From the IMG/VR virus record IMGVR_UViG_3300020045_000485, positions 1 to 37,810 of that record: a stretch of DNA of 37,810 bases; one strand, 5' to 3'. The notes under the pieces were generated by a model. It worked only from the letters and a program-made list of their open reading frames with translations, searched no databases and was not told the DNA's origin. The position numbers were made by a program, and so were the translations under genes. This document shows, piece by piece, positions 16,984-25,839 of the stretch; within the stretch, counting starts at the first letter, position 1, and the number at the start of each line of letters is the position of its first letter. The stretch is from a virus (Duplodnaviria > Caudoviricetes).

Positions 16984-18240
16984 ATGGAAGAGACACCCGA
17001 CCAAGGCAGCCCGCAAACCGTTATTAAACTAAGTGCGGCCGCGGACAGTCCCGCATATCCTAAAATATCATTAAACCGCGCGGGCTGGGTTGCTTACGGG
17101 CCTAAAAATCTATTCCCGCAGGAAATAATTAACCTAAACAGTAAAAGCCCAGTTAATAGCGCTATCATTAACAGTACAGTAACGTATATGTGTGGTAAAG
17201 GTATTGTCGCCACGGCCAAGAAAAACAACAAGTACGTCGGACAGCCGAACCCGTCGGAAGACTGGGACGAAGTCTTCGAACCTATCGCGCAAGATTATAA
17301 AGCGTTTGGCGGTTTTTACGGGCAAGTTATCGTTAACCGCGGAAGTACTACCGTGTCGCTGTTCCACCAAGATTTTAGTACGGTAAGAATCGGCGAAATA
17401 CACCCCGACGGCTCGCCTAAGACGTTTAAAATTTCGAACGACTGGACGAAGACCACGGGCAAAAATAAGCCTATAGAGTTGGAAGTTTGGCAGGGCATTA
17501 AGAAGGCCAAAAAAGGACAGGCGTATATGTTTTATAAGTGGAACTACTCGGCGGGACTTGCCCGTTACTGCGTACCCGATTACTTCGCGGCTATCGAGTA
17601 CGTGAAGGCCGACGGTACGCTCGGCGAGTTCTACAACAACTCAATCGAAAACGGCTTCACTCCTTCCGTAGTTATCGAAATGCCTAGCAATCCCGACGCA
17701 ACCAAAAAAGCCACGTTTCAATCTGAAATGGAAAACGCGTTCGGCGGGGCGAAGGGTGCTTCGTCTATTATTATAGTGTGGGGTGAAGGCGGAACACAAG
17801 GCGCCGCGCCTAAGATTACGCCGTTTAACGCGAGCGCAAACGCCGACATTTACAATAACGTCGAGTCTATTGTCTTCCAAAAGATTATAAGCGCACACAA
17901 TCTGAGTAGCCCAACCCTTGCGGGTGTTTCGGGTAGTGGCAACCTTTCGGGCAACGCCGCCGAGATTGTCGACGCGTATATCCTTTACAACTATACGGCA
18001 GTTGAAAAAATGCGACGTAAGGTTTTAAAAGAACTTAACGTCTTCACAAAGATAAACGGCTCTTCCGAGTTGCTTATCGACGACCTCGACGTATTGCCAG
18101 CGATAAGCGCTTCGAAAGACGGCGCGGTGGATACCGTAACCGATACGCCGCAAAACTTGAAACGCAAAAGCCCCGAGCGTAATTTCTTAGACAAGGTAAA
18201 ATCTATTATGAACACTAAAATAGCGATGAAATGGAAGTAG
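16984..18240 (+). CDS. Portal protein
   Basis: WVAYG..NLFPQ, SPVNSAII, YCVPDY, NGFTPS, F.GAKGA and IISAH..SP.LAG motifs of Bacteroidota siphovirus portals; 418 aa. Confidence 0.85.
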   Translation: MEETPDQGSPQTVIKLSAAADSPAYPKISLNRAGWVAYGPKNLFPQEIINLNSKSPVNSAIINSTVTYMCGKGIVATAKKNNKYVGQPNPSEDWDEVFEPIAQDYKAFGGFYGQVIVNRGSTTVSLFHQDFSTVRIGEIHPDGSPKTFKISNDWTKTTGKNKPIELEVWQGIKKAKKGQAYMFYKWNYSAGLARYCVPDYFAAIEYVKADGTLGEFYNNSIENGFTPSVVIEMPSNPDATKKATFQSEMENAFGGAKGASSIIIVWGEGGTQGAAPKITPFNASANADIYNNVESIVFQKIISAHNLSSPTLAGVSGSGNLSGNAAEIVDAYILYNYTAVEKMRRKVLKELNVFTKINGSSELLIDDLDVLPAISASKDGAVDTVTDTPQNLKRKSPERNFLDKVKSIMNTKIAMKWK

Positions 18241-18770
18241 CCTTAATAAGCGAAGAACTCTTTAAAGAGTACGCCCCAATAAAAGGAGACACGATAATTA
18301 CTAAGTTCGTGCCTTATACGATACTCGCACAAAAAATGTATATCCGTAAAATTATCGGCATACCTTTATACAACGAATTACAAACGCAAATAAAAGCCGC
18401 GAGCGTCGACCCTGCACCCGACCCTAACCCGATAAGCCCCGCGAATCAGGCGTTACTTATCGAGATAGCGCCAGCGCTTGCCGGTTTCGCGGTTTACCAA
18501 GGCATACCCTTCCACTGGGCGAGCATCGTAAACAAAGGTATTACCATACGTGAGAGCGAAAATAGTAAAGGGATAGACGTAAACGACGTGTCGCAGTTAA
18601 GACGCTGGCTTAAGGACGACGCCGAACAGTGGGCGACTTACTTAGCCGAGTATCTAAAAGGCTGCGCCGCCGAGTACCCACTTTATACGCCGCCGACTTC
18701 GGGCTGTGGCTGTGCAACGGGTAACGACATTTTCGAAAGTGGAATATTCATTCCTAAACGCCGTAAGTAA
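18231..18770 (+). CDS. Head-tail adaptor/connector
   Basis: LISEE..K, AQ..YI..IIG..LY and NKGI motifs; directly after the portal gene. Confidence 0.7.
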   Translation: MEVALISEELFKEYAPIKGDTIITKFVPYTILAQKMYIRKIIGIPLYNELQTQIKAASVDPAPDPNPISPANQALLIEIAPALAGFAVYQGIPFHWASIVNKGITIRESENSKGIDVNDVSQLRRWLKDDAEQWATYLAEYLKGCAAEYPLYTPPTSGCGCATGNDIFESGIFIPKRRK

Positions 18771-19267
18771 TGCCAATACGATACACCCTTTTTATTAAAA
18801 AACAAATCGCCGTAACTTGTCTAGCGCTCTCGACCGTTTGGGGTTGGGTGCTTACTGCCGTGGGCGGTGTTATTTCGTTCTTCGCTGCCGAGCGCTACGC
18901 GTTTAATGTAGTCTTAGCCGCTATACTTATCGACGCCTTCTTCGGTGTGCTGGTAAGTGTGCATAAAGACCGCTTCATATTGTCGAAGCTGGGGCGCGTA
19001 ACCTCTTTTAAAATAGTATCCTACGGCGCCAGTCTAGTAATGGCGTTTATGTTGGAAAAGCTGGCGCACGATAGCGGCTTCGTAGGTGTTAAGATTGCCG
19101 CGGCGTGGGCCTTGGCTTGTGAATTTTGGTCGATGTCCGCCAGTATCTTAATACTTAAGCCCGACGCGGTCTTCTTCCGTATAATGCGCATACACTTGCG
19201 GGGCGAGATAGCTTCTAAACTCGGTACTAACATCGACGACATACTAAGCGACGACAAAAAGTTTTAA
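18770..19267 (+). CDS. Holin-like membrane protein
   Basis: Several hydrophobic segments; ID.FFGV...S.KLGR...K and CEFWS motifs of the holin 4_1-like type. Confidence 0.7.
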   Translation: MPIRYTLFIKKQIAVTCLALSTVWGWVLTAVGGVISFFAAERYAFNVVLAAILIDAFFGVLVSVHKDRFILSKLGRVTSFKIVSYGASLVMAFMLEKLAHDSGFVGVKIAAAWALACEFWSMSASILILKPDAVFFRIMRIHLRGEIASKLGTNIDDILSDDKKF

Positions 19268-19274
19268 AAATATT

Positions 19275-19306
19275 AACCCGATTATTTGCGTACTCGGGTT
19301 TTTTAT
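19275..19306 (+). terminator. Intrinsic terminator after holin, overlapping the early promoter
   Basis: aacccga...tcgggtt stem followed by a T-run. Confidence 0.75.
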
Positions 19307-19343
19307 TTATCTTTGCAATGGTTCAATCAAACAATCAAACAAA
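19285..19343 (+). promoter_or_regulatory. Bacteroidota sigma70-type early promoter with GGTT(CAAH)n leader
   Basis: TTTG at 19285-19288 and TATCTTTG at 19308-19315, a 19-nt spacer; near-copy of 539-597. Confidence 0.85.
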
Positions 19344-19844
19344 ATGGAATATAAATATAACAACGGCGGGCGAAGCGAAAACACGGCGGCGCCCGATTGT
19401 GTAACCCGCGCTTTGGCGATTGTAACGATTTCGTCTTACCAAGTTATGGCGCAACACATTAATAAGCTAATGACTACCCAAGGCGTTAACGTCTTAGGCC
19501 GAGAGTTCGCGGACGCCGCCAAGGCTGCGGGGCTTATCTATTTTTCGACGCCGCAGGGTGGTTTTAAAGTGTCCGACCTTCCGACCGACGGCGTCTATAT
19601 CGCGCACACTGCGGGCCATGTTTCGGCGGTAGTGGACGGCGGTGTATTGGATACGTTCGACACCCGCGAAGAAGAAATTAGGGGCTACTGGCTGCGCAGG
19701 ACAAAGGCGGGCTATAATGTTTACAAAGGCGACGCCCGTATAAACTTATACCCTTTAGACTTCGACACGGCGGTATCTGTGGTCGGACACTGGCATCTAA
19801 ATTACTCACGTCGCGAACTGCTAACGGTTCGCCCTAACTTGTAA
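19344..19844 (+). CDS. Early protein with putative papain-like Cys-His-Asp catalytic set
   Basis: DCVTRALAI, GHVSAVVDG and DTFD motifs. Fold is inferred. Confidence 0.55.
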   Translation: MEYKYNNGGRSENTAAPDCVTRALAIVTISSYQVMAQHINKLMTTQGVNVLGREFADAAKAAGLIYFSTPQGGFKVSDLPTDGVYIAHTAGHVSAVVDGGVLDTFDTREEEIRGYWLRRTKAGYNVYKGDARINLYPLDFDTAVSVVGHWHLNYSRRELLTVRPNL

Positions 19845-19848
19845 AACT

Positions 19849-20091
19849 ATGGTACTAACGGACTTAAAAGCGGGCGACACCTTCACACTGGAAGGCGCGC
19901 CCTACGAAGTGGAATTTATTAGCCCTAGCGGGCGTATCTGTATGGCGTACCGCTTAACGGATAGCGGGCGGCGCTTGTTCGACCCTGCCGACCCCGTGGA
20001 CGACGCCTTCTTAAAAACGGTAATAAGCGATACACGCTTTAACCGTGAACACGAAACCCAAGCCGACCGCGACGCGGCGGGTGTTATTTGA
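19849..20091 (+). CDS. Hypothetical early protein
   Basis: 80 aa with ATG after aaaact; codon usage like its neighbours. Confidence 0.7.
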   Translation: MVLTDLKAGDTFTLEGAPYEVEFISPSGRICMAYRLTDSGRRLFDPADPVDDAFLKTVISDTRFNREHETQADRDAAGVI

Positions 20092-20362
20092 TAAAGCTAT
20101 GGAACGGGCGATTTATAAATACACGATATTCACTTGGGACGCGCAAAATAACAGGCGCGTACTTGTAACGAATAAAATGCGCGTCGAGGTGCTGGAAGAA
20201 AAGGGCAACCGATTAAAAATAAAGTACCTCGAGCATCACGCGCGAACGCAAGACATACACACGCTGCACTGGGTTTTTGCTAAAAGCGTGCAACGAAGCG
20301 AAGCCCCCGAAGTTAAACCCGTACGCGAAGGCGTGCGCTTACCTTATAAAGATAATGACTAA
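20045..20362 (+). CDS. Hypothetical early protein (start uncertain; ATG at 20099 possible)
   Basis: Basic ORF that fills the operon; ends VRLPYKDND. Confidence 0.6.
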   Translation: MNTKPKPTATRRVLFDKAMERAIYKYTIFTWDAQNNRRVLVTNKMRVEVLEEKGNRLKIKYLEHHARTQDIHTLHWVFAKSVQRSEAPEVKPVREGVRLPYKDND

Positions 20363-20606
20363 AGACTGCAAAAAGATTTTAACCCGCGCGGTGTTTCAAT
20401 ACGACGCCGCCGACGAAACATATAGACGCGTCCTTCGCGACATGGTCGCCGCGCGTATGTTTGTGCGCCTTGCCGATAGCGCGCAACGCTTGGCGGACTT
20501 CGAAGCCGCCGCGAAAATATTTAAAAGATACATTCGTTTGTACTACCCGAGTAAACCCGACGACGAGTTTAACGATTACGAATATGGCCGCCTTTGGTCT
20601 CAGTAA
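20355..20606 (+). CDS. Hypothetical early protein
   Basis: Start reassigned to ATG 20355 (MTKDCKK), overlapping the end of the previous gene. Confidence 0.65.
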   Translation: MTKDCKKILTRAVFQYDAADETYRRVLRDMVAARMFVRLADSAQRLADFEAAAKIFKRYIRLYYPSKPDDEFNDYEYGRLWSQ

Positions 20607-20622
20607 ATTATTAGCCCGTGGG

Positions 20623-20674
20623 CTTGTATTATCCAAATTAATTATTACCTTTGTGGTTCAAACAATCAAACATT
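20623..20674 (+). promoter_or_regulatory. Host-type promoter (cTTG-N19-TACCTTTG) with GGTT(CAAH)n leader
   Basis: TACCTTTG at 20646-20653 and cttg at 20623-20626, then tggttcaaacaatcaaacattATG. Confidence 0.75.
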
Positions 20675-20998
20675 ATGAAAAATCTAGATTTAACTATTAC
20701 AGGCCCGCAGGGCGAAGGTAAAACCTCGCTGGCTGCGTCGGTTATTAAAATGTTCGGCTTTGCCTGTCCGCGCATCTTGTCGTATAACAAACCCCTGTAC
20801 TTAAAAGACCCCCGCGACTTGGCGGAAGAACTGCGCGAAGAAGCGGCCGACGTTATTATATTCGACGCGGGCTTTACCGACGCTCGCGAGTTGGCTATCG
20901 CAGCCAAGGCGGTATCTATTTACCGCGAGATTACTAACCGCAAAGTCGCGGCGGTTTATTGCGCGAACTTATTATTAACCGATATTGTAACATTATGA
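20675..20998 (+). CDS. Miniature P-loop NTPase (107 aa)
   Basis: Walker A GPQGEGKT and Walker B-like DVIIFD. Start reassigned to ATG 20675. Confidence 0.7.
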   Translation: MKNLDLTITGPQGEGKTSLAASVIKMFGFACPRILSYNKPLYLKDPRDLAEELREEAADVIIFDAGFTDARELAIAAKAVSIYREITNRKVAAVYCANLLLTDIVTL

Positions 20999-21675
20999 AA
21001 AAACCCGATTTTATCCGTATGCAAGGGCTTAGAATAGACTCTTTGGGGCCTTTAGCGCCTTCGTCGCCGTGCGACCCCTACTTAATATCCGCGCCGAAAA
21101 TCCTATTACGTTTAATAGATTTTTCCACGATAGGCACCCCGACCGTGGAAATTAAGACCCCCGCCAGTTTAGAAACCGTTAAAGACCTTAGCGAGTTAGC
21201 TACCCACGAACTAGAATTATATCTAGTTCGCAAAGGCCCGCAAATGGCAAAGCTAGGCATAGCGCTAATAAAAGAAGCGTTCGGGCAAAACGAAGAAACC
21301 CGCGAAGAGTACGGCGAGCAAGTGCGCCAAATACTCGGCGGGCGTTTGCTAACCAAGGACGAACCCGAAGAAGAGCGCTTTACGTTCGGGCTTTATGGCG
21401 ATTATAATAACCTCGTTATCTCGGGATACTTACCCGTCGAAGCGCGCAAAGTCCGCGTTTATAATAGCCCGTCCGTTGGTACTATTATGTTTGAAGAAAA
21501 GGGCGTCTTGCCTAGTGGCTTTATAGAAGCCGCGGATAAATGCACGACTACCTTTTTTAAGCGCCGCTCGTTCGGCGAAATGGCCTTCGCTGCCGAGCGC
21601 GTAAAAGACGCAACGCCCGAAGAAATACGCAAGTACTTACTCTTAAAATTCCATTATGAAAACGATAAAGATTAA
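20995..21675 (+). CDS. Hypothetical early protein
   Basis: ATGA overlap with the previous gene; no recognised motif. Confidence 0.7.
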   Translation: MKKPDFIRMQGLRIDSLGPLAPSSPCDPYLISAPKILLRLIDFSTIGTPTVEIKTPASLETVKDLSELATHELELYLVRKGPQMAKLGIALIKEAFGQNEETREEYGEQVRQILGGRLLTKDEPEEERFTFGLYGDYNNLVISGYLPVEARKVRVYNSPSVGTIMFEEKGVLPSGFIEAADKCTTTFFKRRSFGEMAFAAERVKDATPEEIRKYLLLKFHYENDKD

Positions 21676-22096
21676 CGACCTTTCGAAACTGGGCGCCGCG
21701 CTAAGAGTACGCGAAGCGCTTACGTATGGCGTCGACTGGCACGAAGGCCGCCCCCGAAGAAATACGGAACTAATGGCGTGGGCGGAAGTAACGCGGGAAC
21801 GCTCGCAAGTACTCGACACCTTTAACGACGAACCTAAGCCCGTGGGGTTTTTAGATTTCGCCAAAGCCCACGGGTTAATCGAAGGCCGCCGAAGGTTTAG
21901 CGAACGCGAAGGCCACACCCAAGACCCCGCAATACTGGCGAGAATAGCGCGAGAGATTAAAGACAACACGGCAGCGCACAAAGTTTGGCCCTCGGTCGAA
22001 CGATTGCAAAGACCGCCGCAAATCTTTACGGTAAACCCCAAAGGAAGCGCCGCGCTCGACAAGTTAATGCAGGACATTAAAAACAAAACGCCGTGA
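21656..22096 (+). CDS. Hypothetical early protein
   Basis: 146 aa, overlapping operon arrangement. Confidence 0.7.
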   Translation: MKTIKINDLSKLGAALRVREALTYGVDWHEGRPRRNTELMAWAEVTRERSQVLDTFNDEPKPVGFLDFAKAHGLIEGRRRFSEREGHTQDPAILARIAREIKDNTAAHKVWPSVERLQRPPQIFTVNPKGSAALDKLMQDIKNKTP

Positions 22097-22239
22097 AGCG
22101 CAAAGACTGGCATTTTATGGACGACCGCGAATTTAGAATGTTAATAAGGAAATTGCGGAACCGCTTGCAAACTTTTAACCGCCCGCGAAACCGCGAGTTA
22201 AGAAACAACTATCGCAAGTACGGCGACTATCCCTTTTAA
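22093..22239 (+). CDS. Small Arg/Asn-rich basic protein (48 aa, below the ORF-track cutoff)
   Basis: GTGA overlap with the upstream stop; MKRKDWHFMDDREFRMLIRKLRNRLQTFNRPRNRELRNNYRKYGDYPF; fills the gap to the terminator. Confidence 0.55.
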   Translation: MKRKDWHFMDDREFRMLIRKLRNRLQTFNRPRNRELRNNYRKYGDYPF

Positions 22240-22242
22240 TAA

Positions 22243-22279
22243 TAAAAGCCCCTATCGGTAAAACGGTAGGGGCTTTTTA
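22243..22279. terminator. Bidirectional intrinsic terminator
   Basis: aaaagcccctatcg-gtaaaa-cggtaggggctttt between convergent operons. Confidence 0.9.
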
Positions 22280-22280
22280 G

Positions 22281-22811
22281 TTACTTGCTTATAAGAATAA
22301 GTCCGAGTGTTACGGACAGGCTGGGGGCTATTTGCCCGTTAATGTCGACGCCGACCGACGGGCCGACCGACAACGCCAGCCACTTACGCCGCGGCTTAAG
22401 TTGTATCTTTTCGGTTATCGTTCGCGTATCTCTATAAACTTCCATGCTGTCCAGCTTAACGCGAAACCCGCTTACAACTGCGCGGTAACTATCTGTTTTA
22501 TATACTTTCGTGCTTATCGGGACGTCAACCGTTGCGCTGTCTTTTAAGACGCTTTTAACTAAAGCCGCTGTCTTGGTAACGGCGATAGCTTTTTTAACGT
22601 GCAGGGGCAAGCGCACGGCATCCGCGCGTACAATCCTGTCGACTACGGGTTCGGGTGTCTTGACTTTTATCGTATCTCTTACGACCACGACTTCGCGCGA
22701 ATAACTGGCGGGTGTCTCTTTACAGGACGGGAACACAAACGACCCGAGCAAAACGCCGAGTCCAAAAATAAGCAGGGCGATAACGCCTAAGATAGAAATT
22801 TTCATAATCAA
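22281..22811 (-). CDS. Spanin-like lysis accessory protein
   Basis: Follows the endolysin. N-terminal hydrophobic segment ending FPSC, repeated V.RDT/DS beta motifs, C-terminal amphipathic beta hairpin. Confidence 0.6.
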   Translation of the reverse strand: MIMKISILGVIALLIFGLGVLLGSFVFPSCKETPASYSREVVVVRDTIKVKTPEPVVDRIVRADAVRLPLHVKKAIAVTKTAALVKSVLKDSATVDVPISTKVYKTDSYRAVVSGFRVKLDSMEVYRDTRTITEKIQLKPRRKWLALSVGPSVGVDINGQIAPSLSVTLGLILISK

Positions 22812-23234
22812 TTATTTTTTAAGTTCAAAATGCGGGGGGTCGTGAGGTGTTACCCAATCGCCGCCCCAAGTTATCGCAACGCCTAACCCTGCGGCTACGG
22901 TCTTAATGTGCGCCGCTATAACGTGCAGTTCGTCGCCACCGTCCGCGACTAATAGTTTACCGCCGACAAACGGGTATATGTCGACCGCGTGGCCGAAGCC
23001 GTCCGCCTTGGCTTGGTGGTTCGACTTGTTGGTCGTGCCGTTCTTGCTGGTTACTTTAGGCCCTGCGGTAGTGCGCCCCTGCGCGTAAAGCGCTTTTTGT
23101 TGTGCAGTGGTGCGGACACCCCACACGACCGTAAAGTCTATGGGCGTGCCAGCTATTGCGGCGACCATTACGCGCACCAAGTCGGGGTGTACTCCCACAA
23201 GTGCGTCTTTACTTCTTTGGCTAAATCTTGGCAT
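22812..23234 (-). CDS. Endolysin, M15 family L-Ala-D-Glu peptidase
   Basis: G.RT...Q..LYAQGR, SNH...GHAVD, WGGDW and D.PHFEL zinc-peptidase motifs. Confidence 0.92.
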   Translation of the reverse strand: MPRFSQRSKDALVGVHPDLVRVMVAAIAGTPIDFTVVWGVRTTAQQKALYAQGRTTAGPKVTSKNGTTNKSNHQAKADGFGHAVDIYPFVGGKLLVADGGDELHVIAAHIKTVAAGLGVAITWGGDWVTPHDPPHFELKK

Positions 23235-23238
23235 AGTT

Positions 23239-24414
23239 TTACTTTTTACGCGAAGACCCGACGGTTACGTCGAAGCCGCTCGCTATGTGAGACAATCGGT
23301 TTAAAAAGACATATCGCTCGGCGTCCTTTGCGTGGCCGTGCGCTTTAGTTGGTAATGGTGCGTAATCGCCGTTAGCGTCTTTTGGGTAACGGTATTGTCG
23401 GTTTTCGCTAATGGTGTCGAGACTGCTCGCTGTAAAGTGTTTCTTCCATCTGTTCATTATCGTAAGCCCGAAAATTATTTCTTTGTTGTCGGACTTAACG
23501 GCGTTAATACCCAGCGCGCGAAGGTCGCGAATACGGAAGGGGTCGGCGGCATCACAAATCGCTTCAATATCCCCGAAGCCTTGGTCTTTGATTGCGTCGG
23601 CTAACGGGCCGTTATCCATGTTTCGTTCGTAGGCTATTTGGTGTATCCAAATATCGCCCAGCGCTTCCACTAATAAACTGGCGGCCGTGGGTGCGCTGCC
23701 CCCGAAGTCGATACCTATGTAAGCGGACTTCCATAAATTGCGCGTCGGTAGCGCTTCGACTATGTCCCAGTTCTTAACGACTAGCCCTTCTTTGCTGCCC
23801 GTGAGTCCAAGCCCGTACACGTTAAACCAATCGGGGTCTGTGTCGCGGTTGCTCTCAATCTCGGCGACTTGCGAAGCGCTTAAGAAGTCATTGTCTAAGT
23901 ATGTGCTGTGGATAATCTTGACGTCAGGACGCACGGCGAGTTTGCTATCGCCCCAAAATTCAAACGCGGGGTTATAGTCATAAATAATTTTACCCGTGGT
24001 ACGGATTGCAAGCTGGCGATATATTTCATACTGCATATTAATAGCTTCATTCATATAGAGTATATCGCGCGCGGGGCCTAGTACTTTGCTGGGCTGGTCT
24101 GCGCTAAAAAACTCTATCTTACCCTTGCCATAGTTGTATATCTTATCGGTGTCGTGCCATGCTGCGTCATTATAGCGTTGGTCTCGCCCTAGCACGTTCT
24201 TAAAGTCGCGGATTGCGCCACGCTTTAAGTGCGGCATAGTCTCGGACACGACGCTAATAAGGCGGTCGGTCGTTGTCTTGGTGCCGATAAGGTCTAGTAA
24301 TTGTAAAGTGCTGGTCGTCTTCGAAGAACGCGCGGAACCCTTAAGCCCTATTATGTTAATAGTCGGGTCGACGTACGCCGCGAGTAACTCGCTAAAGACT
24401 TTTGTAGTGTGCAT
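23239..24414 (-). CDS. terL: Terminase large subunit (PBSX/Terminase_3-like)
   Basis: Walker A GSARSSKT, Walker B ILYMNEA, DYNP, STYLDN.FL, nuclease GIDFG and H.KDAERY. Confidence 0.93.
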   Translation of the reverse strand: MHTTKVFSELLAAYVDPTINIIGLKGSARSSKTTSTLQLLDLIGTKTTTDRLISVVSETMPHLKRGAIRDFKNVLGRDQRYNDAAWHDTDKIYNYGKGKIEFFSADQPSKVLGPARDILYMNEAINMQYEIYRQLAIRTTGKIIYDYNPAFEFWGDSKLAVRPDVKIIHSTYLDNDFLSASQVAEIESNRDTDPDWFNVYGLGLTGSKEGLVVKNWDIVEALPTRNLWKSAYIGIDFGGSAPTAASLLVEALGDIWIHQIAYERNMDNGPLADAIKDQGFGDIEAICDAADPFRIRDLRALGINAVKSDNKEIIFGLTIMNRWKKHFTASSLDTISENRQYRYPKDANGDYAPLPTKAHGHAKDAERYVFLNRLSHIASGFDVTVGSSRKK

Positions 24415-24417
24415 GGG

Positions 24418-24966
24418 TTAAAGGGTGCCTTCGAGTAAAGCAAGGTTTTGCGCCGTCGCGTCGTCTCGCACTGAGATAGACAAGACCGCGGGGCCGCTTA
24501 CCGTGTTGTTAACGTTGTCGGCGAGTCCGTTAAGACGTGAAACTAAATTCGCGTTGTACTGCCCGACGAGTCCGCCTTCGACTTGCTCGTTACGGGTCGT
24601 GTCTTCTAGCCACGCGATAACCTCGCGTAAGTGTTCTTCTTGCACGGTCGCCACTTGCTTAGCGATTTTAATATCGAGTGCGGCTTTAGCGGTTCGGAAG
24701 TAAGGCCCCGAAACGCCCAAGTAATTACAAAGCCCGTCCATAGTGTAGGGGCGACCCAGCGGTACGTCGTACGCTTCCGCCGTGCCTAGGTGCTTAACGA
24801 GTTCGACCTTCATACGGGGGTTACGGTCGCACCAGTCGAAGTAAAGCATAGCTTCCGCGCGCAATAGTTCCCCGTCTGCGAATATTTTTTCCCGTCCGTG
24901 GACGCTCCTAAGTTTCCATTGCTGGTTCCCCTTCAAAAATCGGGGGCTTTGTGTTACTTGTTCCAT
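24418..24966 (-). CDS. terS: Terminase small subunit (P22 gp3-like)
   Basis: GNQ.WKLRS.HGR..IF, RPYT.DGLC.YLG and NANLVSR.NGLAD motifs; upstream of terL. Confidence 0.88.
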   Translation of the reverse strand: MEQVTQSPRFLKGNQQWKLRSVHGREKIFADGELLRAEAMLYFDWCDRNPRMKVELVKHLGTAEAYDVPLGRPYTMDGLCNYLGVSGPYFRTAKAALDIKIAKQVATVQEEHLREVIAWLEDTTRNEQVEGGLVGQYNANLVSRLNGLADNVNNTVSGPAVLSISVRDDATAQNLALLEGTL

Positions 24967-24972
24967 GGTGTT

Positions 24973-25839
24973 TTATGCTTTAATCGCCGCTTTACCCGCT
25001 ACGGCTACGGCTAACTTAGTACCGTCTAAAAGTTCGTGCGTTCCTGTTTTAACGTTGGTACCGTCCAAATGCTTAACGGTTCCTTTACTGCCTACCCCTA
25101 CCGTTTGGGTCTTGTCTGCGGTTACGAACATAACGTCTTGCGCGGTCGTGTCCTTCATTTTTAGGACGGTAACGCCTTCTATCGATTGCAAGACGTCAAG
25201 ATTTAATTTACCTAGGTTTGCAATGTCTTGGGCCACTGGTTCGCCTAACCCTTCGGTTATGATGTTAACGCCGTGTTTTAGTTCTTCGCCCGTTACTACT
25301 GGCGCGGTAGCGTTTACGTCGGCGATAGGTTCGCCAGTTACTACGGTGTACGCGCCGTCTACGCTAACCATATACGCGACGCCGTTTTGTTTATAAACAA
25401 ACGCGGGGGCTGGGTTGCCTTCGCCGTCTGTAGCGATGCCATACTGTGCGCCTTCTTCGGCTGGTGTGAAGTTCACGACCGCGGCCGTCCCGTCTTCGTT
25501 TACCGCGATGTGTTCTTCGCCGTCTACGATAATTAAAGCCCCGCCGATTTCTTCCCAGTTGTCCGTGTTCGGGTGTACGGGTGGGGCTGGGTTCAAGTCT
25601 ACGACCTTACCTTCCGATTTACCGTACCACTTAGCCAGTTTATCGGCGCGGTTTTGTAAACAACTCGCGCACGTTTGCGGCTTTTCTTTTAACTGGAATA
25701 CGGCGTTATACGCTGCGTAAACCTTTGACACGCTAAACGTGTGTTTCTTTGCGTCGGCGATTACCGCTTCGACTTGCTTAACTAATAAAGGCGAAGCGTC
25801 CTTTAACGCGATGCCTACCTTTTTAACTGATTTACCCAT
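24973..25839 (-). CDS. Late hypothetical protein with CxxC motif and scaffold-like C-terminal module
   Basis: YNAVF...KPQTCASC; C-terminal TGTHELLDG. Confidence 0.7.
   Translation of the reverse strand: MGKSVKKVGIALKDASPLLVKQVEAVIADAKKHTFSVSKVYAAYNAVFQLKEKPQTCASCLQNRADKLAKWYGKSEGKVVDLNPAPPVHPNTDNWEEIGGALIIVDGEEHIAVNEDGTAAVVNFTPAEEGAQYGIATDGEGNPAPAFVYKQNGVAYMVSVDGAYTVVTGEPIADVNATAPVVTGEELKHGVNIITEGLGEPVAQDIANLGKLNLDVLQSIEGVTVLKMKDTTAQDVMFVTADKTQTVGVGSKGTVKHLDGTNVKTGTHELLDGTKLAVAVAGKAAIKA

Noticed and set aside
20651-20674. ORF-track N-termini MWFKQ (20651) and MWFNQ (32885) as a shared peptide
   Set aside because: Both are TTG starts inside the TTTGTGGTTCAA promoter/leader motif. The likely real starts are ATG 20675 and ATG 32855.
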